Source: Verrucomicrobiota bacterium
GTDB lineage: Bacteria; Verrucomicrobiota; Kiritimatiellia; RFP12; UBA1067
DNA length: 64,000 nucleotides
Direction: 5' to 3'
Assembly: GCA_050874585.1 (NCBI GenBank)
Contig: JBNMKZ010000006.1
Location: 134-64,133 of the forward strand
Positions 42,386 through 53,100 of the stretch are shown piece by piece (within the stretch, counting starts at the first letter, position 1; the number at the start of each line of letters is the position of its first letter). A program made the translations under genes and the position numbers. Below the pieces are notes generated by a model that did no database searches, was not told the origin of the DNA, and was given only the letters and a program-made list of their open reading frames with translations.

Positions 42386-44074
42386 ATGCAAAAATCGCTC
42401 AAGTCGTTAGCAAAAATGTCGAGAACACGTAAGCTGGTCGCCGCGCTGCCCCTGGCGCTCGCGGCAACCGGAGCCTTTGCCGGAGTGGTGGGCACGTTGC
42501 CCGAACCGACGGTCGTGGACGGTAAGAACGTCTACACGCTGGGGACGAGCACGTCGGATGCGATTCCGACGCGTGAGAACGCCGAGGCGAACTACGACTA
42601 CATCGACTGGGCGTCGCTCAGCGTGCCCGCCGGGTCGGTCGTCAAGCTGAACGGCGCGGTCGTGCTCGATGCATTGCCCGAGGACGTCACCTACGACTGG
42701 ATCGCCTGCACGCGCATCGCCTATGTCGGCACGAGTTTCGCCACCGCCGGTAAGAAAGTGACGGTCCCCGCGACGGCGACGGCTCTCTTCTACACGAGCA
42801 CGGTGACGAAGAGCGAGGACGGAACCTCGTTCTCGCTGTCGTCCGACAAGAATTCCACGATTCAGGCGGATGTCGAAATCAATGGCGAGTTGCCGGTTCC
42901 AGGCGGCTACCAGCCCCGCTTCCAAGGATCGGTAACAGGAACGGGTGCGATGGATCTAAATGGTTTTGGCACATCGCTCGGCTTTTACGGCTCGCTATCC
43001 TTCAGCGGTTCAGTTGCCTTTGGAGCTTCGCAGGAGGCAGAAACGATTCGCATTACCTCTACTGAAGGTGTGAGTTCTCTTGGTGTTGTGAAAAGTAGTT
43101 ATCTTCCCGCCAAACCTGCTGGCTCAGGACCTAATGCTGTTTTCTTTACGCCACAAGATGAGGCTGGGGCATCGCACGAGTTGACAATTGGTGAACTTTA
43201 TCTTTGTGGTTGGACTTCTCGCGGAGGTGGTGTTGATGTCATTGGAGGCAACTCTCTCAGAACGGAGACGGGCTTTGCACGGCGTTGGGGTGTGCAACTC
43301 GTTACCTATGGGAATGATACGATTCGTGTCAAGAACATTACTGGTCAGGATATTCCGTGCCTTGGCCTCTTTGCGGATGAAAATGTGAGTTACAAGGTTG
43401 ATGCGGAGGAGCCGAAGTTTGATAAAGGCCTCGGAAACTTTATCATTGAAGGAAATCAGAGCACGGAGGCCTTCATTATTTCTCCGATGGCGAATGTGAC
43501 ATTGACGGGTTACCATGGGAATTATGCTGCGAACCGTTACTTCTTCTATACAGCTGAGTCGAGTGTTGTGAATCGTGCGCAGATTCTTGACTTTTCTGGC
43601 ATTGGGGGCTCTGGTTTTGACCTTGGGCATGAGCACTGGCGGGTGATGGGTTATAGTCCGGCAAGTCTGCCGCAGAAGATTGTCAATCACAAGGGACGTC
43701 CGGATCGCATTAACATCTATCTTTCAGACAGCGAGTGGACGATGCCGTTCGACTTCGGTGCGGAGGATGTGAATCCGGCACGGTGCGAGACGGACTGTCG
43801 GTATCTTCATGTCGCCGCCAAGGGTACGGTCTATGTGCGCAATAACACGACGGCGGCGCATGCGGCGTATCCGTCGGAGTGGACGGAATATCCCGTCATC
43901 ACGACCTACGCGGGTGGTGCGCCGACGAACGAGAAGGGCGAGTCGGTCTTCAATGACTGGACGATCGTTCCCGTCGGCAAGTGGGGTCAGGTCCAGATTG
44001 AGAAGGTCGTGAAGGATACGGGCCTCTACCTGCGCATGCGCCGGGAGAACGCCTTCCACATCATCATCCGCTGA
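42386..44074 (+). CDS. secreted surface-type protein, function unknown (compositionally mosaic gene)
   Basis: ATG 42386 follows GAGGAA. Signal peptide KLVAALPLALAATGAFAG. GSVTGTGAMDLNGFGT resembles an autotransporter-associated beta-strand repeat. The central part uses A/T-ending codons. Confidence 0.75.
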   Translation: MQKSLKSLAKMSRTRKLVAALPLALAATGAFAGVVGTLPEPTVVDGKNVYTLGTSTSDAIPTRENAEANYDYIDWASLSVPAGSVVKLNGAVVLDALPEDVTYDWIACTRIAYVGTSFATAGKKVTVPATATALFYTSTVTKSEDGTSFSLSSDKNSTIQADVEINGELPVPGGYQPRFQGSVTGTGAMDLNGFGTSLGFYGSLSFSGSVAFGASQEAETIRITSTEGVSSLGVVKSSYLPAKPAGSGPNAVFFTPQDEAGASHELTIGELYLCGWTSRGGGVDVIGGNSLRTETGFARRWGVQLVTYGNDTIRVKNITGQDIPCLGLFADENVSYKVDAEEPKFDKGLGNFIIEGNQSTEAFIISPMANVTLTGYHGNYAANRYFFYTAESSVVNRAQILDFSGIGGSGFDLGHEHWRVMGYSPASLPQKIVNHKGRPDRINIYLSDSEWTMPFDFGAEDVNPARCETDCRYLHVAAKGTVYVRNNTTAAHAAYPSEWTEYPVITTYAGGAPTNEKGESVFNDWTIVPVGKWGQVQIEKVVKDTGLYLRMRRENAFHIIIR

Positions 44075-44085
44075 CGACGATTGCG

Positions 44086-46797
44086 ATGACCGCTGTGAAG
44101 ACGAGCCGTACACTGAGCTTCTGCGTGGCGTTTGCGGCGGTCGCTTCCGCGTGGGCCGGCAACCTGCTTCCCTCCGAGCCGGGGGTGAAGGGGCAGCCGG
44201 CCCTTCACTTGGTTGATGACGACCACGGGTCGAACAACTCGAACGTGGCCTACTGGGTGAGCCGCGAGAACGTCTTCGCCCTGCGCGGCAAGGTCGTCCA
44301 CCTGCAGGGGCAGGTGAAGCAGGTTCGAACCAGCACCTGGAAGGGCATCGGCTTCACGCTCTGGGCGCGGCGGGCCTATGGGCGCAAGGGTCCGCAGGTT
44401 CGCATCGGCACGGGGACGATTGGCCCGACGCCCTGGATGGACCTGCGGCTCTCGCTTCGGCTTCCGGAGGATGCGGACGGCCTGACCGTTGCGTTCGATT
44501 GTGCGAACGGCTGGGGTCAGACGGGTGAGGCCTGGTTCAGGGATGTCATCTTGACGGCGGATGCCGCGGAATTGCCGCGTCCGAAGGGGCTGCCGCCGTC
44601 GGCCTTCGTCGAGCACGCGTTCGCGGAACTGGTGCCGACGAACGACACGCCGGCGATGGCCGCCCACCGTGCGTCCTACCGCGATCAGCCGCCGACGAAG
44701 TCCGATTCGTTTGTGCGTCCCGAGATTCGCAACGGCACCTGGTACCTGAACGGCAAGCCCGTCTTCTTCACGGGTCCGTGGATTCTGAACCGCATCGACC
44801 GGGGGAATCCGCTCAACATCACGAACGTCTGCTACACCGACTCGGGTTCGCCCGAGGCATTCGCCTACGCTGGGTTCGACTCGGCGCAGATTTCCGCCGC
44901 ACCGAATCGGTATGGTGCCCTCCTGAGGGGGCTTGAGATTGACGTCGGGCGCAAGCCCTGGGAACCCGATTTCGCCGCGCAGGAGGCCGACTTCGCGAAA
45001 TACTGCGCCGACTTCCAGGCGAAGCCGCTTGTGCTGGACTTCGCCTTCGGGTTCAATCCGGCCCTGCCGAAGGCGATTCAGCGTCGTGCGGACCAGAAGA
45101 AGATGGGGCAGGTCTGGCATGAGTTCTTTCCGCTGTGCCCTGAGTGTCCCGAGGGACGGCGGTACTACCGCGACTACTTCCTCGGCGGAACCCGGGCGGC
45201 CCTGCGCCACGGGCTGAACGTCTACATGTACGAGCTTTTCAACGAGTCGGCCTACGCCTGCGGGTGCAAGTACAACCTGCGGGAGTTTGCGCGGCGGATG
45301 AAGTCGAAGTACGGCAAGATCGCCGAGGCGAACGCGGTCTGGGGGACGGCGTTCCTCTCCTTCTGGGACGTGGCGATTCAGACGGAGCCGGAGCAGTACG
45401 ACGGCCTGCGCTACGACTGGTACGACTTCCTCTCCGACCGCTATGTTGAGATATTGAAGGATGGCATGGCGGCGATTCGCAGCGTGGACCAGCGCGGCGG
45501 CATCTTCTTCACCGAGCAGGCGGCGGGTACGCCGCCCGTGCATCGGGGCGAGGACGTCATCAAGCTCTCGGATACGCTGGATGCGCTGGCGATTGAAGGC
45601 GGCTGGCGGTATGGCGGCGGGCGAGACTACGAGGCGAAGGGCGGCACGGATGCCGTCGTCGCCCAGGATACGACGAAGCACTTCTACAACTGCGACTGGT
45701 ACGCGGCGGCGGCGCGGGGACGCGTCCCGGTCGTCAACGACGAGCACTACTGCGGACGATTTGAGGACGGCAAGCGTGTGCCGTCGAAGCGCGAGGACTA
45801 CATCACTTCCCTTTGGCTGGAACTGATGCATGGCGTGTCGGCGACCTATTTCTACAACTGGGACAAGCGTTCGTGGGACTACCGGGACCTTGAGGGGGCG
45901 CGGCGGAATGTGGAGGAGCCGAGTTACAAGAGCTACTCCTTCCTGAATCCGTTCAACTGTCCGCCCGAGAACCTGGATGCGCCGAAGCGGTTCAAGGCCG
46001 AGTTTGCGCCCTATGCGGAGAAGGTGCTGCCGTTTCCGCGTGTGAAGCCGGCGACGGTCGCCGTCTTCTATTCCCGTACGCGGGAGATTCACCGCGACGC
46101 GTTCCCGTCGTTCGACCCGACGCAGCCGAAGTGGAAGGCCGGGCATCGCACGAAGACGGCGGCGTGGTATCTTTCGGTTCTGCACGCGTTTTATCCCGTG
46201 AAGGTCGTCTTTGCGCGGGACCTGGCGACGCTCGACCCTGAGGTCAAGGTCGTCATCGTGCCCGAGGCGGAGGCCGAGAAGGTGTCGGTCGTCTCGGATC
46301 TCAAGTCGTTCGTCGACCGTGGGGGAACGGTGATTGCGGATGCGTCGGCGTTTGCCTACGACGAGTACATGAGGGCGACGGCGGCGGCCGAGGGGGCCTT
46401 CGTCCGCGTCGATTCGATTGGGGCGATGCTGTCGGAGCTCGGTCGGCTCGATGTGCCGCGCTACGCCGACTGGCAGGCGACGGACGGCAAGGGGGCGCTC
46501 GCCGGCGGCGACGTCCAGATTTGCGACCGCGGCGATTTCAAGCTCATCTGCCTTGTGGCGATGAAGGAGCGCGCCGTGCGCACGGGTCTCCTCTCGCTGA
46601 CGAACCTGTCGGGAGAAGGGCCGTGGAAGGTGACGAACGGCGTGACGGGCGAGCACCTCGGCGACTGGACGCGTACGACGCTCGCGAAGGGTGTCCCCGT
46701 GGTGCTTCCGCCGCAGGAGCGGCTCATTCTCGTTCTGGAGAAGACGACGGCGAAGACCTCCTGGTGGCGGCGGGCTTGGCGACGTGTGGAGAAGTGA
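44086..46797 (+). CDS. secreted putative glycoside hydrolase (clan GH-A-like core, GH42-like architecture; family not assignable by eye)
   Basis: Signal peptide SFCVAFAAVASAWA. Candidate catalytic motifs are YELFNES and FFTEQAAG. Paralogous to the C-terminal two-thirds of the next gene. Confidence 0.7.
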   Translation: MTAVKTSRTLSFCVAFAAVASAWAGNLLPSEPGVKGQPALHLVDDDHGSNNSNVAYWVSRENVFALRGKVVHLQGQVKQVRTSTWKGIGFTLWARRAYGRKGPQVRIGTGTIGPTPWMDLRLSLRLPEDADGLTVAFDCANGWGQTGEAWFRDVILTADAAELPRPKGLPPSAFVEHAFAELVPTNDTPAMAAHRASYRDQPPTKSDSFVRPEIRNGTWYLNGKPVFFTGPWILNRIDRGNPLNITNVCYTDSGSPEAFAYAGFDSAQISAAPNRYGALLRGLEIDVGRKPWEPDFAAQEADFAKYCADFQAKPLVLDFAFGFNPALPKAIQRRADQKKMGQVWHEFFPLCPECPEGRRYYRDYFLGGTRAALRHGLNVYMYELFNESAYACGCKYNLREFARRMKSKYGKIAEANAVWGTAFLSFWDVAIQTEPEQYDGLRYDWYDFLSDRYVEILKDGMAAIRSVDQRGGIFFTEQAAGTPPVHRGEDVIKLSDTLDALAIEGGWRYGGGRDYEAKGGTDAVVAQDTTKHFYNCDWYAAAARGRVPVVNDEHYCGRFEDGKRVPSKREDYITSLWLELMHGVSATYFYNWDKRSWDYRDLEGARRNVEEPSYKSYSFLNPFNCPPENLDAPKRFKAEFAPYAEKVLPFPRVKPATVAVFYSRTREIHRDAFPSFDPTQPKWKAGHRTKTAAWYLSVLHAFYPVKVVFARDLATLDPEVKVVIVPEAEAEKVSVVSDLKSFVDRGGTVIADASAFAYDEYMRATAAAEGAFVRVDSIGAMLSELGRLDVPRYADWQATDGKGALAGGDVQICDRGDFKLICLVAMKERAVRTGLLSLTNLSGEGPWKVTNGVTGEHLGDWTRTTLAKGVPVVLPPQERLILVLEKTTAKTSWWRRAWRRVEK

Positions 46798-46821
46798 AGG
46801 TAGTTGAATCGAAGTAGAAGG

Positions 46822-49800
46822 ATGACGATGAGAGCAGCACAGTGTGGTTTGGCGGTGACGCTTGGTTTGGCTGGGTTCCTTTCGGTTTCGGCGGAGGTCT
46901 CGTTTCCGTCCCGCCTGACGGCGGCGGATGCCGGGCGGCAGTTCGTGGGCGCGGCCGACGGTTCGACGCGGTGGGCGGCCGACGAACCGCGGCAGCTCGA
47001 AATTGAAGGTGCGGATGGCGTCCGCTTTGAGAACATCGCCTTCTCCAATGTGTCGGTCGTGGTCGTTTCGGCGAAGGGTGTTGTCTTTCAGAACTGCCGG
47101 CTGACGGGGAATTCGGACTGGGCGATTTGGTTCCAGGACGGGGCGCAGTCGAACGTGGTGCGGTATTGCGAGATTGCTGGACCGGGCGGCATCCGTCTGG
47201 GCGGGGGCGCGTCGGCGGGGCCTTCCGCCGCGTGCGCGGCCAATGAGATTGTCGACACGACGATCGTTCAGCGGGGGCGGCCGGGCGGTGCGGGCGTCTG
47301 GATGGGCGGCTCGTCTGCGGGCAACCGGCTCGTCCACAATGACATCTCGGGGGCATTTGGCGTGGGGATTAGCGTCGATGCATCCTCGCGGAACCGCCTG
47401 GAGGGAAATCTCGTCCACGAGCTCGGCTCGAAGGGCCGCGAGGCGACGGGCATTGGGCTGTCGGGTGCGGATAATACCGTCTGGGGCAATACGGTCTTCG
47501 CGATTCCGGGCGGACGGGATAGCGGGGTTGGACTCTTTCTCGTGGAGCCGGCGGGCGAGACGGTCGTCGCCTCCAATCTCGTCTATGGGACGGATGGCGC
47601 GGCCTACCGTCAGGCGGGGGGCGCGGGCGTTCGTCTTGAGAACAACATCCTGTCGCGCAAGTTTGCCGCGCCGCTTGACGTTTCGGAGGGCGGCGCGTTG
47701 ACGGCAACGCACAACATCTTCTACTGGGGCGAGGGTGACTTTTTCGCCCGTATGCCGTCGGGCGCGGCGAAATTCACGGCCAACCAGTTCTGCTGCCGCG
47801 AGGGGGATGGCACGGTGCGCTTCAGGGGGCTGACATTGGCCGACTGGCAGCGTGCGGGCGGCGATGCGGGTGCGATTGAGTGCGATGCGCTCCTGACCGA
47901 TCCCGATGCGGGCAACTACCGCGTGCGCCCGGATGCGCGTGCGATGCGCATCGGCTTCAGGCGGTTCGACCCGTTTGCCGCCGGCGTGCGGACGGACTAT
48001 TCGAACTACCGCTATCCCCAGCAGCCGCTCACGCCCCACGAGCAGGCCTATAAGAAGAGCTACGAGGATCAGCCGCCCGTGACGGACGACGGGAACCTTG
48101 AGAAGCGGCCCGAAATCCGAAATGGCACCTGGTATGTGAACGGCAAGCCCGAGTACTATCTCGGGGTGTGGCTCTACAACCGCGTCCGCGAGTGGGGCAA
48201 GGGGTCGAATCCGCTCAAGATTGACCACATCGCCTATACCGAGCGGCCCGGGACGAACAACTTTCCGCAACTGGGCTTCAACTCGTCCCAGCTCTCGTGT
48301 GCACACGCCGACATCGGGCGCATCCTGCATGGGGCGCGTCCGCGCCGCGACGTGGACGAGTTCGAGCGCGAGATGCTTGAGTTCTACCGGGGCTTCGGCG
48401 ACATGCCGTTCGTCGTGGACTTTGCCTTCGGCTACGACAACATCTACCCGAAACCCGTGCGCATCGCGCTCGACCAGCGTCGGTTCGACTGGCACAACTT
48501 CATTCCGCTCTGTCCCGAGGACCCCGAGGGCGACGCGTACTACCGCGACTTCTTCCTCGGCGGCACGAAGGGGGCACTCCGTGCGGGCGCGAACGTCTTC
48601 CTCTGGGAACTCTTCAACGAGTCGGCCTACAACTGCGAGTGCGTCTACAACCGCCGCGACTTCGTGGCGCGGATGCTGAAGCGCCACGGTTCGCTCGCGG
48701 CACTCAACGCCCACTGGGGGACGGCGTATACGACGACGGACGAGATTGTGGCCGTCGATTCCTTCATGTCGAATCCGGCCGCCTGGTACGACTGGTGCGT
48801 CTTTTCGGCGGCGCGGTACAACGAGATTCTCGCGAAGTACCGGGCCGTCATCGAGTCGACCGACAAGCGGGAGCGCGTCTACTTTACGGAGCAGGCGGCG
48901 GGACATCCGCCCGTGCACCGTGGCATGGACTTGCGCGGGGCCGATGCGCTCGACGCGCTCGCCCTTGAGGGCGGCTGGCAGTTCGGCGGCAATACGGACT
49001 ACCAGGCGAAGAGCGCGATGGAGGCCGTCGTCGCCTCGCGTGGCTCGCGGCACTTCTACAACTGTGACTTCTACCAGGCGCTGGCCAAGGGCAAGAAGGT
49101 CATCGTCAACGACGAGCACTACTGTATGCGCCTTGAGAACGGCAAGCGCGTGCCGTCCAAGCGTTCGGACTACATCACGGCCCTTTGGCTTGAGGTGATG
49201 CACGGGGTCTCGGCGAACTTCACCTACGTCTGGGACAAGCGCGCCTGGGAATACAAGGATGCCGCCGGGGCGTTGAAGAATGTGGAGAAGCCGAGCTACA
49301 AGTCCTCGTCGCTGCTGAATCCGTACAACGTGAAGCCCGAGGATCTCGCCGCATTCAAGGAATTCCAGGATGAGCTTGCGCCCTACAAGGAGAAGGTGTT
49401 GCCGTTTCCGCGTGTGAAGCCGGCGACCGTCGCCGTCCTGCTCTCGAAGCCGACGCAGATTCAGCGCGACCGGCTCGCCCCCGTCGATCCGACGCGCCCG
49501 CTCTGGCAAAGCCAGCCCGACCGCGCCGGTGTCTGGTACGTCTCCTTCCTCCATGCGCTTTATCCGGTCAAGGTCGTCTTCGAGGAAGATCTTGACGCAC
49601 TTGAGACGGCGGCGGTCATCCTGCCCGATTCGCAGTACGTCCTGCCGGAAGTCGTCGGGAAACTCCGTGCCTATGCGGCGCGTGGTGGACTCGTCATCGC
49701 GGCGGACGACTCGCTCGCCTTCGATGCGTGGGGCAAGCCGCTGCGTGCCGACATTCCGATGCGGCGCGTGAAGGGCGTTGACGAGGCGTTGGGTGTGCTG

Positions 49801-50142
49801 GCGGAGAAGAATGTCCGTCGCTATGCCGCGATTGAGCCGACGGATGGGAACGACGAGCCGATTGCCGCCGCCGATGTGCAGATTTGCGATCGCGGCGACT
49901 TCAAGCTGGTCTGTCTCGCCGACATGGGCGGGCGGCGGACGCGGCAAATCCGCCTCCGGCTCTTCATCGATGAGTCGGCGGATGCGTCCTACCGCGTGTA
50001 CAATCCGGTTCTCAAGCGGGAACTGGGCGTTTGCACGGTTGCGGAACTGGCGCGGGGAATTCAGCTGGAGCTCCCGCCGCAGGAGCGTGTGCTCGTTGAA
50101 TTGACGAAGGCGGAAACGGAAGAAACCAAGGAGACGAAATGA
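46822..50142 (+). CDS. secreted protein: N-terminal right-handed beta-helix (PbH1 repeats) + GH-like domain paralogous to 44086..46797
   Basis: Beta-helix repeats (NRLVHNDISGAFGVGISV, NRLEGNLVHE, NTVWGNTVF). Then YEDQPPV..RPEIRNGTWYVNGKP, WELFNES, YFTEQAAG and NDEHYCMRLENGKRVPSKRSDYITALWLEVMHGVS. Start is one of TTG 46804, ATG 46822 or ATG 46828. Confidence 0.75.
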   Translation: MTMRAAQCGLAVTLGLAGFLSVSAEVSFPSRLTAADAGRQFVGAADGSTRWAADEPRQLEIEGADGVRFENIAFSNVSVVVVSAKGVVFQNCRLTGNSDWAIWFQDGAQSNVVRYCEIAGPGGIRLGGGASAGPSAACAANEIVDTTIVQRGRPGGAGVWMGGSSAGNRLVHNDISGAFGVGISVDASSRNRLEGNLVHELGSKGREATGIGLSGADNTVWGNTVFAIPGGRDSGVGLFLVEPAGETVVASNLVYGTDGAAYRQAGGAGVRLENNILSRKFAAPLDVSEGGALTATHNIFYWGEGDFFARMPSGAAKFTANQFCCREGDGTVRFRGLTLADWQRAGGDAGAIECDALLTDPDAGNYRVRPDARAMRIGFRRFDPFAAGVRTDYSNYRYPQQPLTPHEQAYKKSYEDQPPVTDDGNLEKRPEIRNGTWYVNGKPEYYLGVWLYNRVREWGKGSNPLKIDHIAYTERPGTNNFPQLGFNSSQLSCAHADIGRILHGARPRRDVDEFEREMLEFYRGFGDMPFVVDFAFGYDNIYPKPVRIALDQRRFDWHNFIPLCPEDPEGDAYYRDFFLGGTKGALRAGANVFLWELFNESAYNCECVYNRRDFVARMLKRHGSLAALNAHWGTAYTTTDEIVAVDSFMSNPAAWYDWCVFSAARYNEILAKYRAVIESTDKRERVYFTEQAAGHPPVHRGMDLRGADALDALALEGGWQFGGNTDYQAKSAMEAVVASRGSRHFYNCDFYQALAKGKKVIVNDEHYCMRLENGKRVPSKRSDYITALWLEVMHGVSANFTYVWDKRAWEYKDAAGALKNVEKPSYKSSSLLNPYNVKPEDLAAFKEFQDELAPYKEKVLPFPRVKPATVAVLLSKPTQIQRDRLAPVDPTRPLWQSQPDRAGVWYVSFLHALYPVKVVFEEDLDALETAAVILPDSQYVLPEVVGKLRAYAARGGLVIAADDSLAFDAWGKPLRADIPMRRVKGVDEALGVLAEKNVRRYAAIEPTDGNDEPIAAADVQICDRGDFKLVCLADMGGRRTRQIRLRLFIDESADASYRVYNPVLKRELGVCTVAELARGIQLELPPQERVLVELTKAETEETKETK

Positions 50143-53100
50143 AGGGACTGATGATTGGAGCCGTCGTGGGGGTGGCCTTTTCGGCGATTGCGGGGACGAC
50201 GCTTGAGCCGGGCGTTCAGGTGGATGGCCGTTGGCTCGATGCGGCCGCAGCAAAGGCGCGGGGCCTCGTCCTGACGGAGCAGGTTCTGCCCGAGGGCCGC
50301 CGCGTGACGCTTGAGAATCGGAGCGGCGCGACGGTTCGCCCCGAGGAACTCGGCTGGCGGAAAGTCGGGCGGGACGATTTCGACGTGAAGGGCCTGAAGG
50401 TCTATCTCGAAGGCTGGCAGATGGCGAGCCCCTGCGGTGTGCGCAACTGGGATGACGAGCCGTTCGACTATTCGCCCGGCTACCTTCACAACTGCGTCTC
50501 GACTCCAAGCGATTTTCATCCGGGCGAGCGGGGACGCTTCCTCGCCGACTACATGTGCTGCTTCCGTCGTCCCGACGGGCGGATGCGGCTGTATGGGTTT
50601 ACGACGGGCAAGGATCGCTTCGGGCACTTTCGGATGCAACTGGATGCGGAGGGGGTTCGGGAACTCTTCGCCCTCAGCGCCTGCGACCGCGCCGAACTGA
50701 CGCCGGGCGCGGTGATTCAGTCCGAGACGCTTGTCGAGATGGAGGACGATGCGACCGAACGGCTGTTCGCGGCGTTTGCCGACCGCTGGGCGGACGCGTC
50801 GGGTCGGCGGGCGAAGGTCGAGACGCCGATTGGCTGGTGCAGCTGGTACTACTACTTCAGCAAGGTGACGCTCGCGGACGTCATCGAGAACATGGACTGG
50901 CTGGTCGCCCATCGGGCGAAAGGCTTTGAACGCGTCAAGGTCATCCAGCTCGACGACGGCTACCAGACGGCCCTCGGGGATTGGCTGAGCGCAAACGAGA
51001 AGTTCCCCGGCGGCCTGCGGCGGTATGCCGAGGAGGTGAAGGCGCGGGGCTTCGTGCCCGCCGTCTGGGTTGGGCCGTTCATGGTCGAGGAGAACGCGGT
51101 TCTCGCGAAGGAGCACCCGGATTGGCTGGTGAAGGGGGCGGATGGGCGGCCCGCCTCACCGCTCGGGTGGCGCGGCAATCACAGGGTCTATGTGCTCGAC
51201 GGGACGAATCCGGCGGCACAGGAGCACCTGCGTACGCTCTTCAGGACCTTGCGCGGTTATGGCATCGAGTACGTGAAGCTCGACTTCTGCATGATTGCCT
51301 CATCGGTGAAGGATGCCGTCTACCACGACCGCACGGCGACGCGGGCGCAGGCCCTGCGCCGGGGGTTCGAGGCGATTCGCGAGGGCTTTGGCGACGACGG
51401 GTTCATCATGGGGTGCACGGTGCCGTTCGGTCCGCTCGTCGGGCTGGCGGACGCGATGCGCACCTCGACGGACATCACCCCCTACTGGCAGGGGAAGAAC
51501 CACCAGTATGCGGAAGCCCCGAACGTGCCGAACGTCTGCCGGAACATCATCAATCACGCCTACATGAACAACCGCGTGTGGATCAACGATCCCGACACGC
51601 TGATTGTGCGCGACGATGCGACCGAGCTGACGAAGAACGAGGTTGAGCTGTGGGCCGAGGCGGTCGCCGTTGTCGGCGGGTCGCTTCTGCTGTCGGATCG
51701 GTTCTCGACCCTGTCGCCGGAGCGGATGCCGCTCGTGACGCGTGCACTGGCGGATGCGGGGCGCTACCAGAATCCCTATCCGGCCGATCGCTGGGAGCGG
51801 ACGTATCCGACCGTCTGGAAAGCGCTGAAGGATGGCCGCCTGCAGACGGCGACGTTCGACTTCACGAACAGCCATTCCGTCTCGGTGTCGAGCGCGAAGG
51901 GCACCTGGGTCGAGGAGGCCGGCATCCGCAAGTTCAAGGTCGGTCGGTCGCCGGTGGAGGCGAAGGCCGAGTCGGCGGCGGCGTATGAACGCACGCCGCA
52001 GGCGCTTGAGATTCGCGTGGACGAGTCGATGACGCTGGATGACGTCAACGCGATGGAAGTTCCGCCGGGGGCCAAGGTCCTGTTCAAGCGCGGCGGCGTG
52101 TGGCGTGGGCAGCTCCAGCCCCGGAGCGGCAAGCCGGGGCATCCGGTGACCTACGGTGCCTATGGGGATGGGCCGAAGCCGGTGATTGAGCCGAGTTACG
52201 ACCGCAGTCGGGCCGAGGACTGGACGGACGAGGGCGATGGCATCTGGTCGACGCGGACGGGCGCGGCGGCCGACATCGGGAACGTCATCCTCGATCATGG
52301 TGCGGCTGGGTGCGCCTTCAAGCGCGGCGCGCGGGCCGAACTGACGCGGGACCTCGACTTCTGGTGCGACCCGACGACATTCGTCGTCCACTTCAAGTCG
52401 CAGGCGAATCCGGCGACGCGCTGGAAATCGGTTGAACTTGCGGAGAAGGTCCATTGCATCGACGAGGCCGAGATGCATGACATCGCCTATGAGGGGCTGT
52501 GCCTGCGCTATTCCGCCGCGCACGGCATCGGCGGCGACGGCGTGAAGCGCATCATCGTGCGCGATTGCGACATTTCGTGGATTGGCGGCGGCTACCTCTA
52601 CTACGACAAGCTCGGCAACGGCGTTCGCTATGGCAATGGCATCGAGTTCTGGAGTGCGGCAGAGGATGTGCTCGTCGAGTCGAACCGCATTTGGCAAGTC
52701 TGGGATGCCGGGCTGACCAACCAGTCCAATGCCGACGGTGTCACCCAGCGGAACATCACCTATCGCGGCAACGAGGTCTGGGACTGTGAGTATTCCTACG
52801 AGTACTGGCAGCAGGGCGAGGGGTCGCGAACCGAGAACGTTCTCGTCGAGGGCAATGTCTTCCGCAATGCCGGTTCGGGATGGGGGCATCGCCAGCGGTG
52901 GAATCCGAACGCCGCCCACCTGATGTTCTACGATACGACGGCGCAGACGACGAACTTCGTCGTGCGCGGCAACGTGTTCTCGCGCTCGGCCGACACGCTC
53001 TTTCGCCTGTTCAACGACTGGCGGGCGAGCCTGACGATGGACGGCAACCGCTGGGAAGCCAAGGACGAGTCGGTCTGCCGTTTCCATGGCCGCCCGACGG

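Noticed and set aside
44322-44331. GGTTCGAACC, a T-loop-like motif that might mark a tRNA
   Set aside because: It lies inside the coding frame of the GH-like gene. No acceptor stem, D-arm or anticodon-arm pairing can be drawn around it.
44026-50508. 2160-aa ORF on the minus strand, the longest after the giant gene
   Set aside because: It lies exactly antisense to three well-supported + strand genes that have recognisable domains. Its translation is dominated by Arg/Pro/Gly/Ala runs (RRRLRR, PRRR) with no motifs. This is the typical shadow ORF of GC-rich DNA, where stop codons are rare in the antisense frame.
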